The notes beneath the pieces are model-generated. The model saw only the letters and a list, made by a program, of their open reading frames with translations, was not told the origin of the DNA and ran no database searches. The translations under genes were made by a program, and so were the position numbers. Below are positions 1-9,533 of a stretch of 64,000 nt of DNA, piece after piece. This DNA is from a candidate division FCPU426 bacterium (GTDB taxonomy: Bacteria; Oederibacteriota; Muellerivitia; Muellerivitales; Muellerivitaceae): NCBI GenBank assembly GCA_963738405.1, contig CAVTWJ010000012.1, positions 32,001 through 96,000 of the forward strand, given 5' to 3'. Each line of letters starts with the position of its first letter. The first letter of the stretch is position 1.

Positions 1-38
1 ATTGCAAGGGTTTTAGAGGTTTGTTAACATCTAAACCC

Positions 39-1001
39 ATGGATTCTCCAACCGCAGACTCTAAGAACCATACGCTCCTTTACGTCGGGCTTGGATTGCT
101 CGCTTTTTTCATTTTAACCTTTGGTTTTGTGGTTTATTCGATCCAAAAGACCTTTTCCCACGGAAATACCGATTTTTTCGCGGGGGATGACGAGATCGAC
201 TTAATTGAAATCCAAGGCCCCATTTACGAAAGCGATGATATTGTCCGCCGGATTAAAAAGTTCGGAAAAAGCTCCAAAAAGGCGCTTTTAATCAGGCTGG
301 ATAGCCCGGGCGGTGCCGTGGCCCCTTCCCAGGAAATTTACACCGAAATCCTCCGCGCCCGGGAGGAAAAGAAAATCGTCGTGGCCAGCATGTCGAGTCT
401 GGCCGCATCCGGCGCCTATTACATCGCCTCTGCCTGCGATCAAATCGTGGCCAATCCAGGCACCCTGACAGGGTCCATCGGGGTCATCGCTGAATTTCCA
501 GACGCTTCAATACTTTTGAAAAAGGTGGGTCTTAATTTCGAGACCATCAAAAGCGGTCAATTCAAGGATACGGGTTCTTTCAGCCGACCCATGACTCCCC
601 AGGAACGGCAATATCTGCAGGGAACCATCAACGAGGTTTATGAGCAGTTTTTAAGTTCCGTCATGCAGGGCCGCCGGAACGCTTTCCAATTGAAATTGTC
701 CAAACTGCTCAAGGTTAAACCCCAGGCCGTAACGGACACGCAAATCACCCAATTTATCCGGCCCTACGCCGATGGAAGGGTCTTAACCGGAAGCCGGGCC
801 TTTGACCTAGGGTTCGTCGATCAATTGGGAAACTATTATGACGCGGTGAAATTGACCGCAGATTTAAGCGGGATCAAGGGCGAACCGGTCGTGCGGCAGG
901 ACGCGCCGAGCAAATTGGACCAATGGGTCAACGGGATATTGCCCTTTTCGTTTTTTTCTAGGAACAGCACAGGTTTTCAACTGGAATATAGAGCCTTTTA
1001 G
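39..1001 (+). CDS. sppA: Signal peptide peptidase SppA (S49, 36K type)
   Basis: N-terminal TM helix; motifs RLDSPGG, AASGAYYIAS, TGSIGVI, KSGQFKD, ADGRV. ATG at 39 preferred over TTG at 21. Confidence 0.93.
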   Translation: MDSPTADSKNHTLLYVGLGLLAFFILTFGFVVYSIQKTFSHGNTDFFAGDDEIDLIEIQGPIYESDDIVRRIKKFGKSSKKALLIRLDSPGGAVAPSQEIYTEILRAREEKKIVVASMSSLAASGAYYIASACDQIVANPGTLTGSIGVIAEFPDASILLKKVGLNFETIKSGQFKDTGSFSRPMTPQERQYLQGTINEVYEQFLSSVMQGRRNAFQLKLSKLLKVKPQAVTDTQITQFIRPYADGRVLTGSRAFDLGFVDQLGNYYDAVKLTADLSGIKGEPVVRQDAPSKLDQWVNGILPFSFFSRNSTGFQLEYRAF

Positions 1002-1006
1002 ATCTG

Positions 1007-2854
1007 TTGGACCATAGGAGGACAAATTGGCCGAAGCTAAAATCGCAGCGACTCCCGCGGATGCCCCAGCGCCCGAAACACCAGCCAGCCCCGGTTCCTG
1101 TAATGCCAAAAAAGGAAAGCGCCTTTATTAAAGCCGCCTCCCGAATCTTTTCTACGACTTTTATATTTGTGGCCGGTGTGGTCATGCTTTTGTTGGGAAT
1201 CCTTTTCAAAGTGCAAAACATTTCTTTGGGCCCATTAAACCAGGCCATCGCGGATCACCAATGGCGGGTCACTTATATTTTCGTGGGACTGGGATTGTTA
1301 TTCATCGGACAGGCGAGAACGCAGGTCGTGAGTCTTTATTCGGAAGAGGCGAGAAAAAATAGAGCCTCGACCCATAAATGGAAAATCCCCTTGGTCGTAG
1401 CCCAGGTCGTACTTCTTCAAGTGTCCGGGCTTTATGGCGCCTTAGTGGGTTTTCACGTCATCAAGGAACCCGTTAAAAACCTTCTTTTCTTTTTCTTCAT
1501 CGGCGTTGTTTTTCTCGGTTATTTTTTCTGGTATCTCATCGCCCATATGCAAAACCGCTACCAAACCCTCGCGGGTTTGAGAATAGCGGGCGTGAGCCTG
1601 ATCTTAGCCACCTTTTCTTTTTTCTCCTGGACCATCGGACAGTTTGTCCTTTTAAGCCTCTTAGCCGCTTTTTTTTCGGTTTTGGCCCTTTTAATTTCCA
1701 TCACCTTTGTTCCATTGGGTAAGGAGGAGCAAAGGGGAAATTGGCTTCGAGCCTTGTGCCTGATGGGAACGGTGCTTCTTCTGATCCCCATCGCCTTGGC
1801 CGCCAACCCCTTGAACAAAATTATCTCGACCTATGTTCAATTGGGCCCGGCCGCGCAAAATTTAAGCGGCCAAGTGGATCAATTGACCTATTCCCCAGAC
1901 AGTAAAAAGCTTGCCTTTACGCAAAAAAACGATGACGGGTGGTTTTTGGGGCTTTTGGACCCTGACGCGGCCGACAAAATGATCGTGAAATACCAAGCCG
2001 GCGATGACGCTTTCACCCCCATTTTTGTGGAGCGGGGGTCGGGGATTGTCGTCGATCTTCAAAAGGGTTCCGCCCGCAACCTCTATCTTTTGGATGTGGA
2101 GAAGGGCACCTTTAAATCCTTAACCCATACCGGCATCGAACCCCTATCGGGAGGAGTTCCTTGGTCCGAAACAAGCAAGCAATTTTTATACGTCACCAAA
2201 ACCGAAAGTGGTTATCAGCTGAACGCGCTCCCTCTCTCCTCGGGTAAAAGCGTTAAAATTTTCAGTTCGCCCAACCCCATTCTTTCACCTTCTTGGGTTA
2301 GTACGGGTTATCAAATCGCCTACGTGGACGGGATCTGCGAGCGGCCCTATATTTACGACCAAGAATTAAAGACCTCGCGCAAACTTTTTTCCGATGATGA
2401 AAAGGCGCAGATCGCCGCGGCCGACGGAAAACTCAAGATTGGTTATCCTGCGGTGGAGGTGATTCCATCCCCCGACGCCTTCCGCTACCTCTTCAAATGC
2501 AAAAAGGATGATGTCACCGTTTTGGAAACCGCCCTGGCCGACGGGTCCAAAGCCTATGAGCTGTACCGCTCCTTCCAGCCTATCGAACACCTGGCCTGGA
2601 TGGATTTGGGCCAAAAGATTATTTTCGAGGAAGCGGGCCGGCAGGCCATGTACTTGCGGCCTTCCAAACGGATTGAAATCCAGGACGCAAATCTGGGATC
2701 GATGGAAACCCTGATTTGGCCCCAGATTCCCCACCATTCACCGGCCCCCTCTCCGGATGGGGTGAAGGTGGCCTTTGTCGGGAGTTCCGGTTTATGGTAC
2801 CCTTCGATCGGTCTGCAAGAATCCTCCGGCATTTGGGTCGCGGTTCTTCGTTAA
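1007..2854 (+). CDS. Multi-pass membrane protein with C-terminal TolB/PD40-like beta-propeller
   Basis: About 7 hydrophobic segments followed by PD40-like repeats (YSPDSKKLAF, SPSW, SPDGVKVAF). Start codon uncertain. Confidence 0.7.
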   Translation: MDHRRTNWPKLKSQRLPRMPQRPKHQPAPVPVMPKKESAFIKAASRIFSTTFIFVAGVVMLLLGILFKVQNISLGPLNQAIADHQWRVTYIFVGLGLLFIGQARTQVVSLYSEEARKNRASTHKWKIPLVVAQVVLLQVSGLYGALVGFHVIKEPVKNLLFFFFIGVVFLGYFFWYLIAHMQNRYQTLAGLRIAGVSLILATFSFFSWTIGQFVLLSLLAAFFSVLALLISITFVPLGKEEQRGNWLRALCLMGTVLLLIPIALAANPLNKIISTYVQLGPAAQNLSGQVDQLTYSPDSKKLAFTQKNDDGWFLGLLDPDAADKMIVKYQAGDDAFTPIFVERGSGIVVDLQKGSARNLYLLDVEKGTFKSLTHTGIEPLSGGVPWSETSKQFLYVTKTESGYQLNALPLSSGKSVKIFSSPNPILSPSWVSTGYQIAYVDGICERPYIYDQELKTSRKLFSDDEKAQIAAADGKLKIGYPAVEVIPSPDAFRYLFKCKKDDVTVLETALADGSKAYELYRSFQPIEHLAWMDLGQKIIFEEAGRQAMYLRPSKRIEIQDANLGSMETLIWPQIPHHSPAPSPDGVKVAFVGSSGLWYPSIGLQESSGIWVAVLR

Positions 2855-2883
2855 GACAGCCTGAATGTGGGGAGGAGCTGAGA

Positions 2884-5800
2884 GTGGGTGAAAAGCCAAT
2901 TCTCAAGCGTCTCCTCTTTGTTTTTTTTATATTTTTTCTGGCCGCCAATACTCACGCCCTCGAATTTGGCGATAACAAAGTCCGATATCACGATCGGACT
3001 TGGCAAATTCTTGAAAGCCCGCATTTCCTGATTTATTACTATTCCCCCTGCGAATCTTTAGCGAAAGCCGCGGTGCAAGACGCGGAAGCCGCTTTTTTGC
3101 CCACAAGCAAGGCTTTTGATTACGTCCCGAAGACGAAGATTCCCCTTTTTATTTACGCGACCGGGTTGGAATTTCAAGAAACCAACATTACCCCCGAAAT
3201 TTTAGGCGAGGGGGTCGGGGGTTTCACGGAGGTATTTAAAAACCGGATTGTCCTTCCGATGGACGGCTCCTATTTTGAGTTTGAAAAGGTGTTGCACCAC
3301 GAATTGACCCACGCTTTTCAATACGACGTCATTTACGGGGAGGGTTGGAGGTCGTTGAACCTATTCAAGGCAGTATCGGTTCCGACCTGGATGATGGAGG
3401 GAATGGCCGAATGGAACGCCCGACATTTGGACGCTCAGGGCGAAATGGTATTAAGAGATGGGGTTTTAAACGACCAGATTCTGCCTCTTTCTCTTTTGGA
3501 TTCCTTCGACCATTTTGAGCAGGTTTATATGGCCTACAAGGAATCGCAAAGCATCCTGGACTATATTTCCCAAGTTTATGGAAGGGAAATGGTTCCCCAA
3601 CTTTTCGCCAAAATGGCGGGGAACCAATCCCCCGAAGGAGCCTGTAAGGCTCTATTGGGCCTTTCGCTTGAGGAGCTTTACCACAACTGGAGTTTCTATT
3701 ACAAAACCCAGGCCTGGTCCCGCATCAAAGGCATGCCCGAGCCCGAACGATACGGCGATAAAACCAGAGAAAAAGTATTTCGAGCCGTTTGGTCCCCGGA
3801 CGGCGGCCAATTGGCCTGCCTGGGGGAAGACCGGTTGTTTCTATTGGATCCTGATTCTAAAAAAGAGAAAACCTTAATCTCGCGACATTTTCAGGTGAAG
3901 GGAAGCGGTGTGGCTTGGTCGCCCGATGGAAAGTTTTTATCCTTCGTGGCGACGCAAGAAGGGGAGTACAAGCTTTACCTGTTCGAACTGGCGACCCAGC
4001 ATTTAACCGAACTGGGATTTACCGGATTGCCGGAAATAAATTCCCCCGCCTTTTCCCCTGACGGTCGATATATTCTTTTTAGCGGGTTTGACTACCATTC
4101 TTACCAACTGTACCGCGTGGACCTATCATCTAAAAAAATCGATCCGCTAACGGATGATGATCACACGAAAAGCTGGGGGCAGTATGATCCGTCAGGCGCG
4201 TCCATTTACTATTTGGATGAATGGCAGGGGGTTACCGCCCTTCGCCGTTTAAACTTAAACGCCGATGGGCTTCCAATCAGTTCATTCATCCAAGTCCCAC
4301 TTCCAGGCGGGACAATTTCATCCTTTCGAATCAAAAATAAAAAAGTATATTTCACCTCCAATTACGAAAAGAAAATTTTCAATCTTTACCAATCGGATCT
4401 TGATGGAAACCATTCCATCCAATTGACCCATAGTTACGCCGATGTTTTGACCGCCGATCCAACCCTTGACGGCGGGAGAGTTGCCGGGATGGTTTATCAA
4501 AAAGGTGCGGAGTCTTTATATCTTTTCAACGCGAATAAATTTGACGCGATTCCTTTGGCCGCGGGCCTAACCCCAAGCCTTAGTGAAAACTCTTTTCTTT
4601 CCGATTCTTTCGCTGAGGCCGAAAAGGTCATACCCGCTAGCTCCACCAAAACGAATTCCGCCTTAACACCGCTCGTAGCCCAGGCGGACCAAAATCCTTT
4701 GGACAGCAAAACCCAAACAGCGGTTCACGTTCCGGCACAAGTGGAAAAGGTTGAGATTTCCGATGCCTCCAATTTGGTTGTTTTGAAATGGACTCCGTTA
4801 GATCCGGACCAAAATACCGTTGAGGGTTACCGTATCTATCGCTCATCTTCAACCAGTTCCGCCTTTTCCCTGGTGGGCACCGTTGATGGTAGCAAGCCAT
4901 GCCAATTTGCTGATTATTTAACGGAGTCGGGCAAGAACTTCACCTATTACGTCAAGGCTTACAATTCGGCCGGGGAGGGAAATGCATCTTCGACCGTTAC
5001 CGCCACACCCCAGTTAACCCTCCTGCATAAAAAGTATGAATTCTCTTTTACCCCGGACATTATGCTTTTCATAGCAGGGTACGACAGCTCCTTTGGTTTT
5101 GTGGGCGGCGGAATGGCGCAAATGAGCGATTTGTTGGGGGATCACCGCTTGGCTCTTCTGGGTGACACCATTCCTAATGTTCAAACTGGATTGGAGGCAA
5201 ATTACGAGTTCTCCCAATGGAGGACCACGGTAGATGCTGATTTTTATTATTTTCAAAATTATTTCCAAGTTTTCGATCTTCAATCAGGGAATATCGTTAA
5301 TCAATACCGGAACAACGAAAATGGATTTGATTTAAAATTCACCTACCCGTTGGATTTTTCAACCCGAGTGGAATATGGAATCGGCAGCCAACGGTTTGAG
5401 GGAAGCCCCCTTTATCTCCAGTTTTCCCAGGGACTTTCGAATTACGGCCTTAATCCTGACCAATGGGACGTGGCAAATTTCTATACGCTTTCCTTCGTTA
5501 AAGACGAAAGAAGATCGCTCCATTTTTGGCCCTCAAACGGTTACTCGATCAATTTGACGCTTTTGCATGCCTTGCCGGTTTTAGACGCTAACGTTGAATT
5601 CGCAAATCTATTGCTAGAGACCCAAGCTTACGCGGATTTAGACTTTTTAAACCACTTGATTTGGGCGACGCGGCTCATCGGCATGACCTCTCAGGGGCCA
5701 GATCCCCAAACCTTTTTTATAGGGGACGACGCTCCCTTTCAGGCTTTTTTTACAACCATAAGGGGTTACGGGGGATCGACCTTTTACGGGAGGAATCTCG

Positions 5801-6099
5801 GTCTTTTAAACACCGAATTGCGTTATCCCATGGCGACGGATCTTAATTTCCCCCTTCAGCCCCTTTCTTTTCTTTTGTTAAAGGATATTGAATTGGCGGG
5901 ATTCATGGACGCTGGATGGACCAGTAATAGTCTTGATCATCTTTCCCAAAATCCACTTTTATGGAGTGCGGGATCGGGATTAAGGTTTTATTTCTCGGTT
6001 TACCAAAGGGCTTTGGTGATGTTTCGTTTTGACGTGGCCTGGAGGCTTGACGGGACCTATCCGCCGACTTTTCACTTCAATTTAGGCCCAATGTTTTAG
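2884..6099 (+). CDS. Omp85/BamA-TamA-like barrel protein with N-terminal peptidase MA-like domain, TolB/PD40 propeller and FN3 domain
   Basis: GGAGGAG RBS before GTG 2884; signal peptide; HHELTH...WMMEGMAE zincin motif; WSPDG repeats; FN3-like (LKW...GYRIYRS...YYVKAYNSAGEG); IRGYG barrel motif; C-terminal Phe. Confidence 0.8.
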   Translation: MGEKPILKRLLFVFFIFFLAANTHALEFGDNKVRYHDRTWQILESPHFLIYYYSPCESLAKAAVQDAEAAFLPTSKAFDYVPKTKIPLFIYATGLEFQETNITPEILGEGVGGFTEVFKNRIVLPMDGSYFEFEKVLHHELTHAFQYDVIYGEGWRSLNLFKAVSVPTWMMEGMAEWNARHLDAQGEMVLRDGVLNDQILPLSLLDSFDHFEQVYMAYKESQSILDYISQVYGREMVPQLFAKMAGNQSPEGACKALLGLSLEELYHNWSFYYKTQAWSRIKGMPEPERYGDKTREKVFRAVWSPDGGQLACLGEDRLFLLDPDSKKEKTLISRHFQVKGSGVAWSPDGKFLSFVATQEGEYKLYLFELATQHLTELGFTGLPEINSPAFSPDGRYILFSGFDYHSYQLYRVDLSSKKIDPLTDDDHTKSWGQYDPSGASIYYLDEWQGVTALRRLNLNADGLPISSFIQVPLPGGTISSFRIKNKKVYFTSNYEKKIFNLYQSDLDGNHSIQLTHSYADVLTADPTLDGGRVAGMVYQKGAESLYLFNANKFDAIPLAAGLTPSLSENSFLSDSFAEAEKVIPASSTKTNSALTPLVAQADQNPLDSKTQTAVHVPAQVEKVEISDASNLVVLKWTPLDPDQNTVEGYRIYRSSSTSSAFSLVGTVDGSKPCQFADYLTESGKNFTYYVKAYNSAGEGNASSTVTATPQLTLLHKKYEFSFTPDIMLFIAGYDSSFGFVGGGMAQMSDLLGDHRLALLGDTIPNVQTGLEANYEFSQWRTTVDADFYYFQNYFQVFDLQSGNIVNQYRNNENGFDLKFTYPLDFSTRVEYGIGSQRFEGSPLYLQFSQGLSNYGLNPDQWDVANFYTLSFVKDERRSLHFWPSNGYSINLTLLHALPVLDANVEFANLLLETQAYADLDFLNHLIWATRLIGMTSQGPDPQTFFIGDDAPFQAFFTTIRGYGGSTFYGRNLGLLNTELRYPMATDLNFPLQPLSFLLLKDIELAGFMDAGWTSNSLDHLSQNPLLWSAGSGLRFYFSVYQRALVMFRFDVAWRLDGTYPPTFHFNLGPMF

Positions 6100-6186
6100 C
6101 CAAATTAGAATTCTTTTCCTCCTTACCTGCAATCGTTATAATGAACGCTCTTGTGATTGAACCTATTTAGAAACGAGGTTTCATTC

Positions 6187-6816
6187 GTGAAAAAGATTCT
6201 CTTGGTTTTGGTGGCGGTCTTGGTCGGCCCGGTTCTTTGGGTACTCGCAGAAAACCAGGAAGATTTATTTTTCACTCATTACGAAGACATGCGATTGGGT
6301 TTTCTAAGGACCCAGTACACCAAAATCAATGATGGCAGGCCTATTCGCGTTGAAGGGTATTTTAAGGGCATCCATTGGAAGTCGCCGGTAACTTACCGGG
6401 AGCGCTTGAATGAATTAGGGCTAAATATAGATAAATATAACGTGGTCGAGATGAGCCTGAGAGAGCTCGACAACGTTCATTTCGCCTTTCCCATTCTTTT
6501 AATTCAAACCCAAGCAGGTGATTTGCACGAGATCAACAGCCTAGTGGATGGCCAAAAGGTGGCCCTCTATGGCAAGTATTTCAAGTTGAATAAATCCGAA
6601 TATGGCTTGGAACTGGATGTCCTAGAAGGCACCTCACCCAGCCGGGGAAGCCACGATGTCGGGATCGTCTTAGATGCCCGGGTTGCCCCATCGCCTACCC
6701 TGACACCCACCGTGACCGTGACACCCCAACCCAGCTTCTTTCAAAGGGTTGGCAACTGGATCAATCCAAAAGAAACAACGACGCCCAACCCCTCGGAAAC
6801 CCCATCCCCCAAATAG
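6187..6816 (+). CDS. Exported hypothetical protein with Pro/Thr-rich tail
   Basis: GAGGT RBS before GTG 6187; signal-peptide-like N-terminus; PT-rich C-terminus. Confidence 0.65.
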   Translation: MKKILLVLVAVLVGPVLWVLAENQEDLFFTHYEDMRLGFLRTQYTKINDGRPIRVEGYFKGIHWKSPVTYRERLNELGLNIDKYNVVEMSLRELDNVHFAFPILLIQTQAGDLHEINSLVDGQKVALYGKYFKLNKSEYGLELDVLEGTSPSRGSHDVGIVLDARVAPSPTLTPTVTVTPQPSFFQRVGNWINPKETTTPNPSETPSPK

Positions 6817-6904
6817 GGAATTACAAAGAATTTTTGGGGATTGGAATTTATTAAAGGTTTTATTTAAGTCTTAAAGCAGAATCTCCAAAGTTTACTCCGA
6901 ACGA

Positions 6905-7699
6905 ATGTTTTTCCGAGGAAATAGCTTGAACCTGAATGTTGAAGTTATTGGCAATGGTCGGCCCTTCCTATTGCTCCACGCCTTTCCACTGAATCACGAG
7001 ATGTTCCAAGCCATTCACCTACCTGGGTATAAACTTATCCTGCCTGATTTCCCGGGTTTTGGCCCAAAGGGAACCATTGACCCAAATTTCAGCTTGGAAA
7101 TGGCGTCTGATAGCCTTAAAAATGGCCTGGATGAGATTTTGCCACCTACGGAGAAAATCGTATTAGGCGGAGTTTCGATGGGTGGTTATTGGGCTTTTGA
7201 ATTTCTTCGGAAATACCCCGAAAAGGTTTCTGATCTTGTTTTGATATCGACCAGACCAGGAATTGATCGCTCTGAAGCAAAGCAAAAGCGATTAGAGATG
7301 GCCTATAGAGTTGAGAAGGAAGGCATTGCATATCTTCCGGATCTGTTGATGCCGGGTCTATTAGGCCCTAAGACCCTCAAAGAAAGGGCCATCGTAGTTG
7401 ATCGTGTTCGAAATTTGATCCTTTCGGGCAGTCCTGAAGGGGTCGCGGCTGCCCAAAGGGCGATGGCGAGCCGCCGGGACCAAACCGACTTGCTTGCTAA
7501 AATTGACTGTCGAGCCCTTATTTTGGCGGGCGCTGATGACCAGTTGATTCCAATAACCGAAGCGAAGGCGATGGCCATGGCCATAAAGAACAGCCGCCTC
7601 GAGATTTTGGAGCAGGTAGGCCACTTGATACCGCTCGAAACTGCAAATTTGTTCGAACAAAAATTGTGTAATTTCCTAACTCCGGACGGTCAAAATTAA
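6905..7699 (+). CDS. Alpha/beta hydrolase (PcaD-like)
   Basis: LLHAFP, PDFPGFG, GVSMGG nucleophile elbow, GADD, GHL. Confidence 0.9.
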   Translation: MFFRGNSLNLNVEVIGNGRPFLLLHAFPLNHEMFQAIHLPGYKLILPDFPGFGPKGTIDPNFSLEMASDSLKNGLDEILPPTEKIVLGGVSMGGYWAFEFLRKYPEKVSDLVLISTRPGIDRSEAKQKRLEMAYRVEKEGIAYLPDLLMPGLLGPKTLKERAIVVDRVRNLILSGSPEGVAAAQRAMASRRDQTDLLAKIDCRALILAGADDQLIPITEAKAMAMAIKNSRLEILEQVGHLIPLETANLFEQKLCNFLTPDGQN

Positions 7700-7730
7700 A
7701 AAGCAAAGTGGAAATTTTCGCGATCATTCA

Positions 7731-8081
7731 TTGGATTTGACCTGCACCATATGCGGGAAAAAATACCAATATGTTTATAAAAACGGAAAATCTTCAGGCA
7801 GCAATAAGAAAAAATGTAACTCATGTCACGCCAATTCAGGGCGATTCGCTAAAAAGAATAAGATGATTGACTATAAAGGCGGGCGTTGCCAACTTTGTGG
7901 ATACAATAAATGTAATCGCGCTTTAACCTTTCATCATCTTGACCCAGCAAAGAAAGATTTTAATTTTGCGGGTAATCACTCACTCAAATGGGAGACCATC
8001 AAAAACGAGTTGGATAAATGTATTTTGCTTTGTCAAAACTGCCACTGTGAAGTCCATCCGGGTGTCGCCAAATACCCTTAA
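7731..8081 (+). CDS. Small Zn-binding HNH endonuclease-like protein
   Basis: KGGRCQLCGY...LTFHHLDP...KCILLCQNCHCEVH, plus an N-terminal CxxC...CxxC; resembles phage-type HNH proteins. Confidence 0.8.
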   Translation: MDLTCTICGKKYQYVYKNGKSSGSNKKKCNSCHANSGRFAKKNKMIDYKGGRCQLCGYNKCNRALTFHHLDPAKKDFNFAGNHSLKWETIKNELDKCILLCQNCHCEVHPGVAKYP

Positions 8082-8100
8082 ATTTCACTTGAATCCCTTC

Positions 8101-8136
8101 TTGTATTTCATATAACTATAATTATATGAAATACAA
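8101..8136. other. Putative dif-like site-specific recombination site (perfect 15-bp inverted repeat, 6-bp spacer)
   Basis: TTGTATTTCATATAA-CTATAA-TTATATGAAATACAA. The inner 11-6-11 core resembles dif: right arm TTATATGAAAT vs E. coli XerD arm TTATGTTAAAT. Overlaps the recombinase ATG. Confidence 0.7.
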
Positions 8137-9163
8137 AAATGACTCCCGGCCCCCAAAAGAATCAGAAAATCTTAATGAATTAGCTCCTTACAAAGATTTC
8201 CTTGCGCTTTGTAAATCTAATCATACTCGGTATAGCTATCATCAGGATCTGCGGGTTTTGAAACAATTTTTGGATCAAAACGGCTTAAATTCTCCGGTTC
8301 TGGCCAAACCTATCGACTTAACCCGATTCGCAGGTGAATTAATAAAACCCGGGCATACACCCATGGGAAAGCCACGTTTATCCTATTCTACCCGTTCAAT
8401 GAAACGTATCTTGGCCTCAACTCGTTCCTTTTTTCGCTTTTTAGCCTCCATCCAGCTAATTGCTACCGATCCTACGGCCGTATTTCACAATTTAAGCATC
8501 CGAAGTCCACATCGTAATCCTCGCCCATTGTCCCCAAGAGACCGTGAAATATTACTTCGAAATCTAAAAACTAATGATTTGCAAAACATGAAAATCAGCC
8601 TCTCGGTTCTTCTAGGCTATCACTGCGGCCTACGAGTCTCTGAAATCGCCCATTTAAAACTTAATGATTTGGATTTTACCCGAGGTTTAGTAACAGTCAT
8701 TGGCAAAGGCGACAAAGAAAGAATCGTTCCTATGACGGAGTCACTCAAGGAACTTGCAAAAAAATATTTTACTCAAATTCAAAACGAAGACCTTTATTTA
8801 TTTCCAAGTCCACGAACAAAGGATAAGCCAATCCATATTCGATACTTGGAAACTTGGGTTAAAACGGCAGCCCGATGGGCTAACTTGGATAAAAACGAAG
8901 AAATCACAGTTCATGTTCTGCGCCATTCCTTTGGTACCCAGCTTGCCGAATCCGGGGCCAGCGTTTATGAAATTCGAGATCTCATGGGGCATTCCAGCAT
9001 CGTGGTAAGTGAAAATTACGTCAAATTGGCTTCCACCAAAGCCACTCAAGCCCATCAAAAGGCCTTTCCTGTGACTTGGACAGCGATGGCACTCCAACTG
9101 GAGGCAGCCAATGGCCCTCAGTCGGTCTTGGCAAAACTAAGACAACTCAAAGGTTCAAGATGA
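8126..9163 (+). CDS. XerC/XerD-like tyrosine recombinase
   Basis: N-terminal SAM-like domain (S..T..SY..DL; RSFFRFL); catalytic residues R (GLRVSE), K (GKGDKER), HxxR (HVLRH), H (MGHSS), Y (ENYV). Confidence 0.93.
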   Translation: MKYKNDSRPPKESENLNELAPYKDFLALCKSNHTRYSYHQDLRVLKQFLDQNGLNSPVLAKPIDLTRFAGELIKPGHTPMGKPRLSYSTRSMKRILASTRSFFRFLASIQLIATDPTAVFHNLSIRSPHRNPRPLSPRDREILLRNLKTNDLQNMKISLSVLLGYHCGLRVSEIAHLKLNDLDFTRGLVTVIGKGDKERIVPMTESLKELAKKYFTQIQNEDLYLFPSPRTKDKPIHIRYLETWVKTAARWANLDKNEEITVHVLRHSFGTQLAESGASVYEIRDLMGHSSIVVSENYVKLASTKATQAHQKAFPVTWTAMALQLEAANGPQSVLAKLRQLKGSR

Positions 9164-9533
9164 GGTTTCTGGTGAAAAAAAGATCTTTAGGCGAAGGTGG
9201 CAAAGCTAAGTCACCTACTATCCGACGATTCTTTTTCTTTAAAAGCTCGGATTAACGTTAGAAAAAAGAATCTGAAATAAAATGAAAAACGTGCCGATTT
9301 TGAATTTAAATGCCTTTTTTTTGAAAGATTATTTTGGTTTTGATTATTGAGTCGAACATTTTTTTCCTGATTTCGGACCACCTGTGAAATGATTTTGTTC
9401 TGCTGTTGAAGCTTAGGGATGCGATGGAAAGAACGCTTGGGGCGGGTTTGAGAAAGAAATTGGGTTCAAAAGTACACTTTTTCTCAATTTATAATGGCAG
9501 CAAAGAGTCCTAAAGTTTTACTTTCAGGGGTAA

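Noticed and set aside
2716..2883. N-terminal extension of the Omp85 fusion given in the ORF track
   Set aside because: It overlaps the upstream gene; the SD, GTG 2884 and signal peptide indicate the later start.
8126..9163. Recombinase as an integron integrase for the TA-rich array
   Set aside because: No IntI-specific insertion is visible before the HxLRH box, 10 kb of housekeeping genes separate it from the array, and I found no attC consensus.
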